25,274 nucleotides of DNA from Kofleriaceae bacterium (GCA_016763395.1 JAESTW010000877.1:1-25274); one strand, 5' to 3'. Shown: positions 15,522-25,065, numbered from the stretch's first letter. Notes: a model not told the origin generated them from the letters alone. Translations and numbers: made by a program.

Positions 15522-16250
15522 ATGTACTGGATCCGTATTTCTGCAGCCGCCTGCTTTTTAGTGGCGTGCGGAGGAGGCGAGACACCTGTCATCGATGCCG
15601 GGATCCCGGACGCAATGCCCGACGCCATGGCACCTGACGCGACTGTGGCGCTTGGCCCAATGTACTCAGGAGTGGTCAACGCCGGCGCTGGTCCACTGCC
15701 CGGAGCCACCATCGAGCTTAGCTACTCAGGAGGCACGGTCAATATCACGACAAGCGATACGGGAGAATTCTCAATTCGGCTGCCCTTAGTCGACACAGAC
15801 TACCAAGTGTACATCCCGGGGCCGGACGGATTTTGGTCACACTCGTCGTGGCTGCTCGATGTGTCCGAAGCAGGGCGTACCGGTCTTGAGTATGCGCTGG
15901 CTGATGACCCTTTGTTTGAGGGGCTGAGTTCAGTCTTAGGGCTACCGAGTATTGAAAAAACGGTCGGTGTCGTGAGCCTGGACATCCGCGTTGGAAATCT
16001 CGAGCAACAAGGCCTGGGGTTTACCTTTGATACTCCCGCGGATCCCATCTTTAGCTTTATTGATGGCATGCCGCTAGAGACGCCACACTTATTGGGCATT
16101 GGCGACACCGTGCTCATATTCACCAATATCGCACCACAAACGCTAATACCCGCAATCCCCAATATGGGGGCTACGGGGTGTAGGCAACTTGCGCCAGCCT
16201 CGATTGTCCGGGCTGGTTCTGTGTTGACCTTGGTCGTCGACTGTAACTAG
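15522..16250 (+). CDS. Lipoprotein with a carboxypeptidase-regulatory-like beta-sandwich domain
   Basis: Likely start ATG 15522 (alternatives 15513, 15507), not 15336. Lipobox LVAC-GGG, PDA x3 linker, and a GVVNAGAGPLPGATIEL...TTSDTGEFSI pattern. Confidence 0.7.
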   Translation: MYWIRISAAACFLVACGGGETPVIDAGIPDAMPDAMAPDATVALGPMYSGVVNAGAGPLPGATIELSYSGGTVNITTSDTGEFSIRLPLVDTDYQVYIPGPDGFWSHSSWLLDVSEAGRTGLEYALADDPLFEGLSSVLGLPSIEKTVGVVSLDIRVGNLEQQGLGFTFDTPADPIFSFIDGMPLETPHLLGIGDTVLIFTNIAPQTLIPAIPNMGATGCRQLAPASIVRAGSVLTLVVDCN

Positions 16251-16266
16251 CTACAGTCCGAATCAG

Positions 16267-16788
16267 CTAGAACGTGCACTCGTAGTTGGCGGACACGGAC
16301 AGAAAGGCTGTGACGTGGGCTTCGAGTTCTTCGAGTAGTGGGTTTTGCCTGCTGTGAAAGACTCGTTCGGCAGCCTGGGCTGTGTCCGGGTCGAGCATCG
16401 TGAGCATGCCTACTTGGTGAGCGCGAATCTCGACACGCAATTCTTGGAGCGCGATTAGAGCATCCGAACGTTCCATTGAGTCATGGTCCGTATTGAGACA
16501 TGCGGCTAGAGTTTCTAGATGGAATTGCATGTCGTTGAGAGAGGTAAAGCTATCATTGTGAAAGGTAAGTTCATCAATGGCAATATCTCGAAGTTCGCCT
16601 CGTAACATCACATTTTCTCTGTGCGTGTCTGCAAGACCAACGAGAATATCACGTGATTTGCCAAGTTCGGTGACAGTGTTCACCGCGTCCTCAGTCGGTG
16701 GAAGCTCTTCGGGGTCGTCGGCGCATCCTATGAGACATAGGGAAAGTCCGGCAGCGAGTACAAAATTTCTGGTTACTAGGTAGGTCAT
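16267..16788 (-). CDS. Predicted all-helical lipoprotein of unknown function
   Basis: Likely start ATG 16788 (MTYLVTRNFVLAAGLSLCLIGC-ADD). Lipobox LIGC followed by amphipathic helical segments; divergent from wza. Confidence 0.7.
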   Translation of the reverse strand: MTYLVTRNFVLAAGLSLCLIGCADDPEELPPTEDAVNTVTELGKSRDILVGLADTHRENVMLRGELRDIAIDELTFHNDSFTSLNDMQFHLETLAACLNTDHDSMERSDALIALQELRVEIRAHQVGMLTMLDPDTAQAAERVFHSRQNPLLEELEAHVTAFLSVSANYECTF

Positions 16789-16827
16789 GGTATGTCCAAT
16801 CGGCAAAATTGAGTGTGTATGCACCCA

Positions 16828-16843
16828 AGCAATACGGTGGCCT
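16828..16843 (-). promoter_or_regulatory. Possible sigma54-like promoter for the helical lipoprotein gene
   Basis: Minus strand reads AGGCCACCGTATTGCT with correct GG-N10-GC spacing and TTGCT, but has A instead of T before GG. Confidence 0.35.
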
Positions 16844-16946
16844 GGGCATAGACTTGATAGTTCCCAGGTTTTTTCTTGTGATTCTCTTGAACGACCGCCA
16901 GAGAGTTGACGACTATGATGGGCGAGATACCCTTGCTTGGCTCAAC

Positions 16947-17543
16947 ATGATCGTTTATTTCCGCCTACTTATTGTACTTCTCCTCATCCCACTTGCGTCC
17001 GCGTGTGGAGATCCCCCCGCGAGTGTGTATCCAGATCAGCAGGCGTATCAGGAGGACACAACCATAGGTGTAGGTGATGTTTTTGACGTTCGAGTCTTTC
17101 AACACAAAGAGATGAGCGCGACATATTCCACCAGTGCAGAGGGCAGTATTTCCTTCCCCTTAATAGGCAAGGTCATGGTCTCCGGCAAAACCCCAGCGGC
17201 CGTAGAAGAAGAGATTCAATCCCGACTTGCCGATGGCTACTTGGTGAACCCGCAAGTGTCGGTGTTTGTCAAAGAGTACAAGAGTAAGAAATTGTCTATA
17301 TTCGGACAAGTCAGGAAGCCCGGCACCTTGGCCTACACGGAGGGCATGACAATTATCGAGGCGATTTCGCAAGCGGGTGGCTTTACCGGAATGGCGCGCA
17401 AGAATGCAGTCACTGTGACTCGTGAGCTTGATGGCAAAAAGTCGAAGTATACGATTCCCGTAGACAAAATCGGACGCGGCTCAGCTGGGAACTTTAACTT
17501 GCGTCCGGGCGATGTAGTCTTTGTGCCCGAGCGACTTTTTTGA
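16947..17543 (+). CDS. wza: Short OPX/Wza-family polysaccharide export lipoprotein (Poly_export plus one SLBB domain, no C-terminal membrane helix)
   Basis: Likely start ATG 16947, giving 198 aa. Lipobox ASAC; IGVGDVFDVRVF, GSISFPLIG, YLVNPQVSVFV, IFGQVRKPG, EAISQAGGF; ends at LRPGDVVFVPERLF. Confidence 0.9.
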   Translation: MIVYFRLLIVLLLIPLASACGDPPASVYPDQQAYQEDTTIGVGDVFDVRVFQHKEMSATYSTSAEGSISFPLIGKVMVSGKTPAAVEEEIQSRLADGYLVNPQVSVFVKEYKSKKLSIFGQVRKPGTLAYTEGMTIIEAISQAGGFTGMARKNAVTVTRELDGKKSKYTIPVDKIGRGSAGNFNLRPGDVVFVPERLF

Positions 17544-19870
17544 TCCGTGGTGCTACGCGCGATACGATAGCGGCTCCTCTAGCGGCGCTTAGCCTGCTCT
17601 TTGCGGTGTTTGCCGTCGGTTCCGCGCATCGTTGGGCTGTGGTAATTGGCGCTGGGCTTTCGCTAGTCAGCACAGTGCCATATTGGGGGGCACGCCGGAA
17701 GCTCTCGGGTTGGTCTCCTCTACTGGTTTTTCTGGGTGTGTGTGCTGGGCTAACTGCGTTGCAAGTCTTGCCCTTGCCCGCAGCGGTGGTCGGACTACTT
17801 TCTCCTGCGAAGTATGAACTGGTCATGAGCAATGCCAAGGTCATGCAAGAGTCGGCGTCCGCCTTTTTTCCGCTGAGTCTCGATCCACCGGCCACCTTGC
17901 GTGAACTCGTTAAGCTCATCAGTTACTTTGCGTTCGCCTACACTTGTTTGCGACTGCGGGCAAAGAAGGGCTCTGGGAATAAATCGCAGATGGCGGGTGC
18001 TGTTGTTGTGCTCGGATCTCTGGTGGCTCTTACCGCAATCGGACATCGCCTACTCTCGATAGACACTCTCTTTGGCCTCTACGAGCCGCAATACATCAAA
18101 GCACCGACCTTTGTGGCGCCTTTGCTCAACTCCAATCACTTTGCCGGACTGATGGCTCTGTGCGCTCCTGCTGCGCTCGGGTTAGCGGTTTTCCACCGGG
18201 GTAAAAAACGCGCCTTCTTTATCGCCTCGATGCTTCTTTGTAGCGGTGTATGTGTTCTCAGTGAATCTCGCGGGGGTGTTTTGGCGCTCGGCTTTGGGCT
18301 CTTGCTCGCCGCCGGACTTTGCTTCGCTGGCCGCAATCGCAAGAGCGACTCAAGTGGCCGAGAAATTCCTAGGAAAATCCCCGTACCGCAGATGATAGTC
18401 GGCTTGTGCGTCTTTGCCGTTTTGGGACTAGCTACCGGCAATGGTGTTTTAGAGGAGCTGAGCAAGACCAGCGCAGAGGAGATTACCGGCCAATCGGGGA
18501 AGGTTGATTTATGGCGAAGTGCAAAGCCGCTAGTGGCGCGTTACCCCGTGTTCGGCATTGGACGAGGCGCATTTGAGCAGGCAGTATCGCAGGTCCGGTC
18601 ATCCTCGCCACAGTTCAGCTACGCCTCGCTTGAAAATGAGTATCTGCAAGCGATTGTGGATTGGGGCCTGCTCGGTGCTCTCTTGGCATCACTGGCGCTA
18701 CTGATGCTGGCGACGCTGGTGTTTCCAAAGTGGAGAGTGAGTGCCATTGAAGCGGGTGCAGTGTCCGGTATTGTCTCCATAGCACTGCAAAACACTGTCG
18801 ATTTTGGGCTCTCCTTGCCAGGCATTGCCATGCCAACGCTCGCTCTCACCGCGCTGGTAACTGGCGCGAGTTTGTCCGTGCGCAAGAAGGGCAGTGTGAA
18901 GAGAAAGTACTTTCATGCGAGTACAGCCGTTGTAGCAGCCGGGCTACTGGTGCTTCTCGCACTGCCGGGAAATCGGCCGGCGCGCGAGGAGACATGCAAG
19001 GCTCCTTGTTCTGTTGCAAGTGCAAGTGAAATTTGGCACCGGCATCCTGCGGACTACGCAGCGGCTGGCCGGACGGCGATCGCCTTGTACGATGCCGGTG
19101 ATCAGCGAGCCATCCAAGTGCTGAACCGAGCTCTCATCGCCAATCCGAGACAGTGGGGGCTGCACGTACTCGCCGCAAGATGGCTCGGCGCTTCGTCGGC
19201 TAACTCACAGGCTGCGATTGAGTATTCATCCGCCCTGCAAGATGCTCCTCTCGGACAAGTTGGCGGCCTAGTGAAAGAAATCGTCAGCGTATCTGCATCG
19301 CCCGAGATGGCGGCGAAGGCGTTGCCTCGGGATGGCACACGCATGCACTACATCGCCCGTGCCCTCAGGGGACTGGGGCAAATGGAAGTCCGTTTGGCGT
19401 ACGCGCACGTGGTCATGGCGAACGCAAAAGAGGACAAGGTTGCGCTTGGGCTAGTCGCCACAATCGCTACCCAAAGCAAAGGCTTTGCCTTGGCTCAGCG
19501 CGCCGCCAGACGAATCCACCAACTTTGGCCAAGTGCGGAGTCCATTCACCGCTTGGCGGATGTTGAGCTCGCATCCGGTAACACCGTGAAATCGCGGGAA
19601 ATTTTGGATACCGCGCTTACGGATACAAGGCTCACTGGTGCCGACCGCTCTCGGCTTCTGCAAATGTTATCTAAGTTATTGATAGCAGGCGGAAAATTTG
19701 AAGAGGCACGCAAACCACTGGCTCAGGCCTTGGCGATTCCGAGTGCTGGAAATGAAGAAAAAATACGTATTCACAGGCAGTTAGCGAAGATCGAAGCGGG
19801 ACTGGGCAATCGAAATCAGGCAGCCCTAGAGCGCAGGATTGCAGACGAGCTCGCGGCAAAGCGTCGATAA
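17540..19870 (+). CDS. O-antigen ligase/Wzy_C-family polytopic membrane protein with a C-terminal TPR-like region
   Basis: TTG start overlaps the wza TGA. About 11-12 hydrophobic segments, with LLNSNHFAGLM, SESRGG, PVFGIGRGAF and ENEYLQAIVDWGLLG motifs. Helical tail of about 270 aa. Confidence 0.8.
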   Translation: MIRGATRDTIAAPLAALSLLFAVFAVGSAHRWAVVIGAGLSLVSTVPYWGARRKLSGWSPLLVFLGVCAGLTALQVLPLPAAVVGLLSPAKYELVMSNAKVMQESASAFFPLSLDPPATLRELVKLISYFAFAYTCLRLRAKKGSGNKSQMAGAVVVLGSLVALTAIGHRLLSIDTLFGLYEPQYIKAPTFVAPLLNSNHFAGLMALCAPAALGLAVFHRGKKRAFFIASMLLCSGVCVLSESRGGVLALGFGLLLAAGLCFAGRNRKSDSSGREIPRKIPVPQMIVGLCVFAVLGLATGNGVLEELSKTSAEEITGQSGKVDLWRSAKPLVARYPVFGIGRGAFEQAVSQVRSSSPQFSYASLENEYLQAIVDWGLLGALLASLALLMLATLVFPKWRVSAIEAGAVSGIVSIALQNTVDFGLSLPGIAMPTLALTALVTGASLSVRKKGSVKRKYFHASTAVVAAGLLVLLALPGNRPAREETCKAPCSVASASEIWHRHPADYAAAGRTAIALYDAGDQRAIQVLNRALIANPRQWGLHVLAARWLGASSANSQAAIEYSSALQDAPLGQVGGLVKEIVSVSASPEMAAKALPRDGTRMHYIARALRGLGQMEVRLAYAHVVMANAKEDKVALGLVATIATQSKGFALAQRAARRIHQLWPSAESIHRLADVELASGNTVKSREILDTALTDTRLTGADRSRLLQMLSKLLIAGGKFEEARKPLAQALAIPSAGNEEKIRIHRQLAKIEAGLGNRNQAALERRIADELAAKRR

Positions 19871-19973
19871 GCGAGATCTATCAACTGGAATGTGTCCGCA
19901 AAGGCACTTTTGAGCGAATCTCCGGGCGATTTCGTGAACACGAATCGATTATCCAACAACTCAGAGAGTACCC

Positions 19974-20963
19974 GTGAAAAAGGCATTGATAACCGGCATT
20001 ACTGGCCAAGACGGCTCCTATTTGGCAGAACTGTTGCTCGACAAGGGCTACGAAGTCCATGGCATCATCAGGCGATCCAGTAGCTTCAACACCGACCGAA
20101 TCGAGCACATTTACCAAGACCCACATGAAGGTGGCCGTCTGAAGTTGCACTATGGCGATCTAAATGATGCCAGTTCACTCAACCGCATCTTGCGTTTGGT
20201 CGAGCCAGAAGAAGTGTACAACTTGGGCGCGCAGAGTCATGTCCGGGTTTCTTTTGACACACCCGAGTACACGGCCGAGGTAACAGGTCTGGGAACGCTC
20301 CGACTCTTAGAGGCGCTGCGGGAAACTGGTATGAAGCCCAGGTTTTACCAAGCTTCATCCTCAGAATTATTCGGATCGACACCGGCGCCGCAAAACGAAG
20401 AGACAGTCTTTGCGCCGCGCAGCCCCTATGCGATTGCTAAGCTTTTTTCGTATCACACTGTGCTCAACTATCGCGAGGCCTACGACATGTACGCTTGCAA
20501 CGGGATTCTCTTTAACCACGAGTCGCCTCGTCGGGGGGAGACCTTCGTAACGCGAAAGATCACCCGCGCTGCCTCGCGAATTCGCATGGGCTTGCAAGAT
20601 AAGCTCTTTCTCGGAAACCTAGAAGCCCAGCGCGATTGGGGCTTTGCCGGGGACTACGTCGAAGCGATGTGGATGATGCTTCAACAGGACGAAGCCGACG
20701 ATTTTGTTATCGCCACCGGTGAAATGCACTCGGTACAAGAGTTTTTGGAACTCGCATTTGAGAGTCTCGATTTAGATTGGAAGAAGTACGTTGAGATTGA
20801 TCCACGCTACTTCCGTCCGACAGAGGTTGATGAGCTTCGCGGCGACTTTAGCAAGGCACGAGAAAAACTCGGATGGAGCCCCAAGGTCGATTTTCGAGCG
20901 TTGACCGAGATGATGGTTCAGTCTGATCTCAAGATGGCCGAGAAGGAAGCAAAGTTAAAATGA
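19974..20963 (+). CDS. gmd: GDP-mannose 4,6-dehydratase
   Basis: [66 protein letters not shown]. Confidence 0.98.
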   Translation: MKKALITGITGQDGSYLAELLLDKGYEVHGIIRRSSSFNTDRIEHIYQDPHEGGRLKLHYGDLNDASSLNRILRLVEPEEVYNLGAQSHVRVSFDTPEYTAEVTGLGTLRLLEALRETGMKPRFYQASSSELFGSTPAPQNEETVFAPRSPYAIAKLFSYHTVLNYREAYDMYACNGILFNHESPRRGETFVTRKITRAASRIRMGLQDKLFLGNLEAQRDWGFAGDYVEAMWMMLQQDEADDFVIATGEMHSVQEFLELAFESLDLDWKKYVEIDPRYFRPTEVDELRGDFSKAREKLGWSPKVDFRALTEMMVQSDLKMAEKEAKLK

Positions 20964-23146
20964 GAGACGATACCGACTTCGCGCGTGAGGATGAGGAAGA
21001 GGGTGGAATTGACATCCGGCATTTCGTCGACATTGTTCTGAAACGCAAGTGGCTGGTGATGGCCGCCATGGCCGTCGGTATTACTCTGGCTGTTCTTTAC
21101 ACCATGCGGCAAACACCGCTCTACAAGGCAACTGCGAGTGTTGAGGTAAATCCGCAGGCTCCACAGGTCTTCGGACGTGACCAGCAAGAAGTCGTGCAGC
21201 TAGGCTCGGGCAACTACTGGTCGAGTCAGGAATACTACAATACTCAACTCGAGATTCTGCGCAGTCGTAGTCTTGCTCGGATAACGGTTCTACAACATGA
21301 CTTGCACAATGACACTCGACTTGTCCCGGAGTCTCCCAAGAAGAAGCTGACAGAAGAGCAGCGGATTGAGAAGGCCTCGAGAAGTCTTCGAGCTGCGGTC
21401 ACGGTCACTCGCAAACGCGATAGCCGAATTATTCTTATTAGTATTACTCACCCCGATGCCGAGTTGGCTGCCGACTTGGCCAACATGCATGCAGATAGTT
21501 ACCAGCACAACAACGTGCAGGTGCAGAAGGGCGGAACGGGAATCGCGGCGAAATTCCTTGCTCGCGAAGTGGATACCGCAGAGAAATCTCTGACTGACTC
21601 TGAAGCAGCGCTAGTTGCCTTTCGCGATGAGAACGAGATTTTGCACATTACCTTGGACGGCAAGGCAATTGAGGACCGGCAGAATATGCTGTCCGCCAAT
21701 CTGACGCGCTACAACAGTGCGCTCTCCGATGCTCGAATCAAGCGTATTGAACTGGAGGGCTTGCGCAGGCAAGCGGCCCATGCTCTGAAGAAGGACGAGA
21801 TTTTAGAGTCGGCGATTTTTGGCCTGGTGGGCAATTCCACGGTCAATATTCTAAAAGAACAATATCTGCGAGAGCAACAGGTCTTTATCGATTTGAGAAC
21901 AACTCTGGGTCCTAAAAATCCGGGATTTATCGCTCAAAAGAAGAAGGTTGCTGACATCTACAAGGCGATTCAGCGAGAGGGCAGGTTGGCGCTAAGTGAA
22001 ATAGAAGAGCGTCTCGGGGCAGTTCGCAACAATGAGGGCCGCCTTGTTGCCGAACTCAAAGGCTTCAAGGAGGAAGCGAAACTGCTCGGCTCCAAGACCG
22101 GTGTCTACAACAAGCTGCTTCGGCAAAATAGCGAAGACAAAGAGAATTACGCCATGCTGAGAGATCGATTACGGACAAGTAATCTCTCTCTGAAAAACGA
22201 CGCTTCAAACAACATTCGCAGCCACGATGTCGCGCAAGTACCGGCAGCTCCCTTTAGTCCAAGAATGCCTGTGAACGTCGCGGTGGCGGCAGTGATGTCG
22301 CTTCTCTTGGGAATCGGGCTGGTATTCTTGCTTGAGTATCTCGACCGGACTGTAAAGACAGCAGAGGATGTGGTCTTGGCCGCCAAGACTCCGATGCTTG
22401 GCTTGATTCCTGTTTTGCATGACATCTCGGACAGCTCCAGCGACTTGCAGGAACGCGATCTCTACATATTTAACAAACCCAAACCGCGCGCGGCGGAGTG
22501 CTGTCGTTCGATTCGGACAAACTTGCTTTTCAGTGCTGCGGACCGCGATCTGACGATCCTGACTGTGTCGAGCCCGAACCCGCAAGAGGGCAAGACGACC
22601 TCGGTGATTTACCTGGGTACCACCATGGCGCAAAGTGGGCAGCGAGTTTTGTTAGTTGATACGGACATGCGCCGACCGAGACTGCACAAGTCGATGGGCG
22701 TCTCTCGGGGCAAAGGTATCTCCAACCTGATCGTTGGTGACTCGAGCTACGAAGATTGTATCAAGAGCACTGATGTTCCCAATCTCTTTGTATTGCCCTG
22801 TGGCCCCACTCCGCCGAATCCGGCAGAGCTCTTGCTGACCGACCGCTTCAAGTCCATCATCGAAGAGCTGCGCGGCAAATTTGACCGTGTGATTTTTGAT
22901 ACCCCGCCGCTGCAAGCAGTGACCGATGGCGTGGTTCTGGCCAAGCTCTCCGATGGCGCCATCATGGTGGTCAAGGCCGGACAGACCAATCGCGAGGCAC
23001 TGACAGCCAGCTCCAAGATGTGGAGAGACGTCGGTGTGCATCAGCTCGGTGTTATTCTCAATGATATCGATCTAAACGACAAGAAGTACGGATACAACTA
23101 CTACGCCTATGGCTATGGTGAGACAGCCGCGGAGGCAGCAGAATAA
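20960..23146 (+). CDS. wzc: Polysaccharide co-polymerase fused to a BY tyrosine kinase (Wzc/Ptk)
   Basis: ATGA overlap with gmd. Two TM helices flank a coiled-coil periplasmic region. Walker [13 protein letters not shown]' [15 protein letters not shown]; terminal Tyr cluster [10 protein letters not shown] (6 Tyr). Confidence 0.95.
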   Translation: MRDDTDFAREDEEEGGIDIRHFVDIVLKRKWLVMAAMAVGITLAVLYTMRQTPLYKATASVEVNPQAPQVFGRDQQEVVQLGSGNYWSSQEYYNTQLEILRSRSLARITVLQHDLHNDTRLVPESPKKKLTEEQRIEKASRSLRAAVTVTRKRDSRIILISITHPDAELAADLANMHADSYQHNNVQVQKGGTGIAAKFLAREVDTAEKSLTDSEAALVAFRDENEILHITLDGKAIEDRQNMLSANLTRYNSALSDARIKRIELEGLRRQAAHALKKDEILESAIFGLVGNSTVNILKEQYLREQQVFIDLRTTLGPKNPGFIAQKKKVADIYKAIQREGRLALSEIEERLGAVRNNEGRLVAELKGFKEEAKLLGSKTGVYNKLLRQNSEDKENYAMLRDRLRTSNLSLKNDASNNIRSHDVAQVPAAPFSPRMPVNVAVAAVMSLLLGIGLVFLLEYLDRTVKTAEDVVLAAKTPMLGLIPVLHDISDSSSDLQERDLYIFNKPKPRAAECCRSIRTNLLFSAADRDLTILTVSSPNPQEGKTTSVIYLGTTMAQSGQRVLLVDTDMRRPRLHKSMGVSRGKGISNLIVGDSSYEDCIKSTDVPNLFVLPCGPTPPNPAELLLTDRFKSIIEELRGKFDRVIFDTPPLQAVTDGVVLAKLSDGAIMVVKAGQTNREALTASSKMWRDVGVHQLGVILNDIDLNDKKYGYNYYAYGYGETAAEAAE

Positions 23147-23148
23147 GC

Positions 23149-25065
23149 ATGAGTCCGGTACGCAAAGCACTCTTGGGGCCGAAGGCGGTTCGAGTTATTC
23201 AACTGGCAATCGACTTTGTCATGGCAATGCTGTGTGTGGTGCTGGCGTATTTGGTGCGATTTGACGCGGTGCTGCCCGAAGCCTTTGCTCAGCAAATGCT
23301 CATTATGGCGCCGGTAATTGCCGTAGCTCGGCTTGTCACCAATCGCATCGTTGGTGTCTATCGCGTCGTTTGGCGCTATGTTGGTGTCCGAGAGGCAATC
23401 CTCTTTGGGCGTGCTGTTCTCTCTCTGAGTGCGGTGTTGTTGGTTCTGCGATTTGTGGCTCCTCCAGGCTCGATCGCCAAGTTGCCTTTCAGCATTATCG
23501 TCATGGAGGCCACTTTCTTCTATCTTGGCCTTGCCGGCACGCGTCTCTTGCGCCGAATTCTCCACGAGTCGCAAAAGGCGACAAACGAGTCGAGCTCCGA
23601 TGCGACTGCGACCTTGCTCATCGGTGCCGGACAAAATGGTCTTGCCATCGCCAAAGAATCGCTCAAGCACCGAGCTGCTCTGGGCATCCACGCCGTTGGT
23701 TTTCTCGATGATGACCAGACCAAGCGAGGCATGGAAGTAAACGGTCTGAAGGTTTTAGGAACGCTTGAAGACATTCGGGATGTCATCAAAAACACCGATG
23801 CCAAGCAGGTGATCATCACCTCCAGCGCTGTGCCTTCAAAGGCTATCTTGGAGCTAATCGATATCTGTCGGCCCATGGGCGTTCCTGTCCGAACCGTTCC
23901 TGGCCTGCTCGAACTCTTGGACAAAGGCCTGAGCGCTCAATCCTTGCGAGATGTGCGAATCGAGGATTTGCTCAGCCGCGACCCGGTTCCGCCATCGATG
24001 TCTATGGATGACTTGCGCGGCATATTCTCAGGCAAACGCATTATGGTGACCGGGGCGGGCGGGTCCATCGGACGTGAACTCTGCCGTCAGCTCATGGCAC
24101 TGTCGCCGTCCAAGCTCTTCTTCTTAGAGCGAGATGAAAACAACCTATTTGAAGTGCACCGCGAAGTGGAAGGTACAGCCGGACAGGGCATTACCGTTCT
24201 CGCGGACATCCAAGACCGCAAAGAGCTGCACAAGATATTCAAAGAGCACAAACCGCAGATCGTGTTTCACGCTGCTGCCTATAAACACGTTCCTATGATG
24301 GAGCGCTTTCCCACCGAGTCTGCCAAGAACAACGTCTTTGGCACCAAGACCTTGGCCGAACTTTCGGACGAGCACGGTGTGGAATCCTTCCTGATGATCT
24401 CTACGGACAAAGCGGTCAACCCCAGCAGTGTCATGGGCGCGACCAAGCGCATGGCCGAAGTCATCATTCAAAACCTTGCTCCGCACAGTAAAACCAAGTT
24501 TTCTTGTGTCCGCTTTGGAAACGTCCTTGGCAGCCGCGGCAGTGTCATCCCCATCTTTCGCGAGCAAATTCGCAAAGGCGGCCCGGTCACTGTCACCCAC
24601 CCGGACGCAACTCGCTACTTCATGACCATCCCCGAAGCTGCCAACCTGGTCATCCAGGCCAGTACCCTCGGTGATTGTGGCGAAGTCTTCGTGCTCGACA
24701 TGGGCCAGCCAGTGAAGATCATGGACCTCGCTCGGCAGATGATCCACCTCAGCGGCGCCAACGAAGACCAGGTCAAAATCCAGATCATGGGATCTCGTCC
24801 GGGCGAAAAACTCTTCGAAGAACTCAAGACCAAAGACGAGGGCATCTCGGACACCAGCTTGCGCAAAGTCTTCCGCGTACAACCCGAAGAATTCAGCCAA
24901 AGTACCATCGACGAAACTCTCAAGCGCATGGATTTTGCCATCCGCGCCACCGACCACGACGGCATCCGCGCCGCCCTAGAAGACCTCGGCATCGGCTTCA
25001 CCAAGCAAGAGAGCCGCATGGTAACCGGCTCACATCCCAGCTACGAGCCTCCTGGCTCGGCCTAG
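23149..25065 (+). CDS. Membrane-bound nucleotide-sugar 4,6-dehydratase, CapD/WbpM/PglF family
   Basis: Four N-terminal TM helices and an LLIGAG/GFLDDD domain. SDR domain with TGAGGSIG, HAAAYKHVP, STDKAVNP, MGATK (Met-x3-Lys) and RFGNVLGSRGSV. Confidence 0.95.
   Translation: MSPVRKALLGPKAVRVIQLAIDFVMAMLCVVLAYLVRFDAVLPEAFAQQMLIMAPVIAVARLVTNRIVGVYRVVWRYVGVREAILFGRAVLSLSAVLLVLRFVAPPGSIAKLPFSIIVMEATFFYLGLAGTRLLRRILHESQKATNESSSDATATLLIGAGQNGLAIAKESLKHRAALGIHAVGFLDDDQTKRGMEVNGLKVLGTLEDIRDVIKNTDAKQVIITSSAVPSKAILELIDICRPMGVPVRTVPGLLELLDKGLSAQSLRDVRIEDLLSRDPVPPSMSMDDLRGIFSGKRIMVTGAGGSIGRELCRQLMALSPSKLFFLERDENNLFEVHREVEGTAGQGITVLADIQDRKELHKIFKEHKPQIVFHAAAYKHVPMMERFPTESAKNNVFGTKTLAELSDEHGVESFLMISTDKAVNPSSVMGATKRMAEVIIQNLAPHSKTKFSCVRFGNVLGSRGSVIPIFREQIRKGGPVTVTHPDATRYFMTIPEAANLVIQASTLGDCGEVFVLDMGQPVKIMDLARQMIHLSGANEDQVKIQIMGSRPGEKLFEELKTKDEGISDTSLRKVFRVQPEEFSQSTIDETLKRMDFAIRATDHDGIRAALEDLGIGFTKQESRMVTGSHPSYEPPGSA

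Noticed and set aside
16809-16946. ORF-track 5' extension of wza
   Set aside because: It spans the divergent promoter region. The signal peptide and lipobox fit ATG 16947.
17536-17543. T6 run at the wza/ligase junction as a programmed -1 frameshift producing a fusion
   Set aside because: A 4-nt TTGA overlap is ordinary translational coupling. The run is short, does not fit X-XXY-YYZ, and no stimulatory structure was seen.
19949-19957. TTATCCAAC as a second DnaA box
   Set aside because: It mismatches the last two consensus positions and is isolated.
24145-24957. 270-aa antisense ORF, and similar shadow ORFs such as 10560-11237, 7784-8374, 10867-11457 and 23113-23691
   Set aside because: They lie essentially within well-supported genes on the opposite strand, show no recognisable motifs, and are explained by codon bias.
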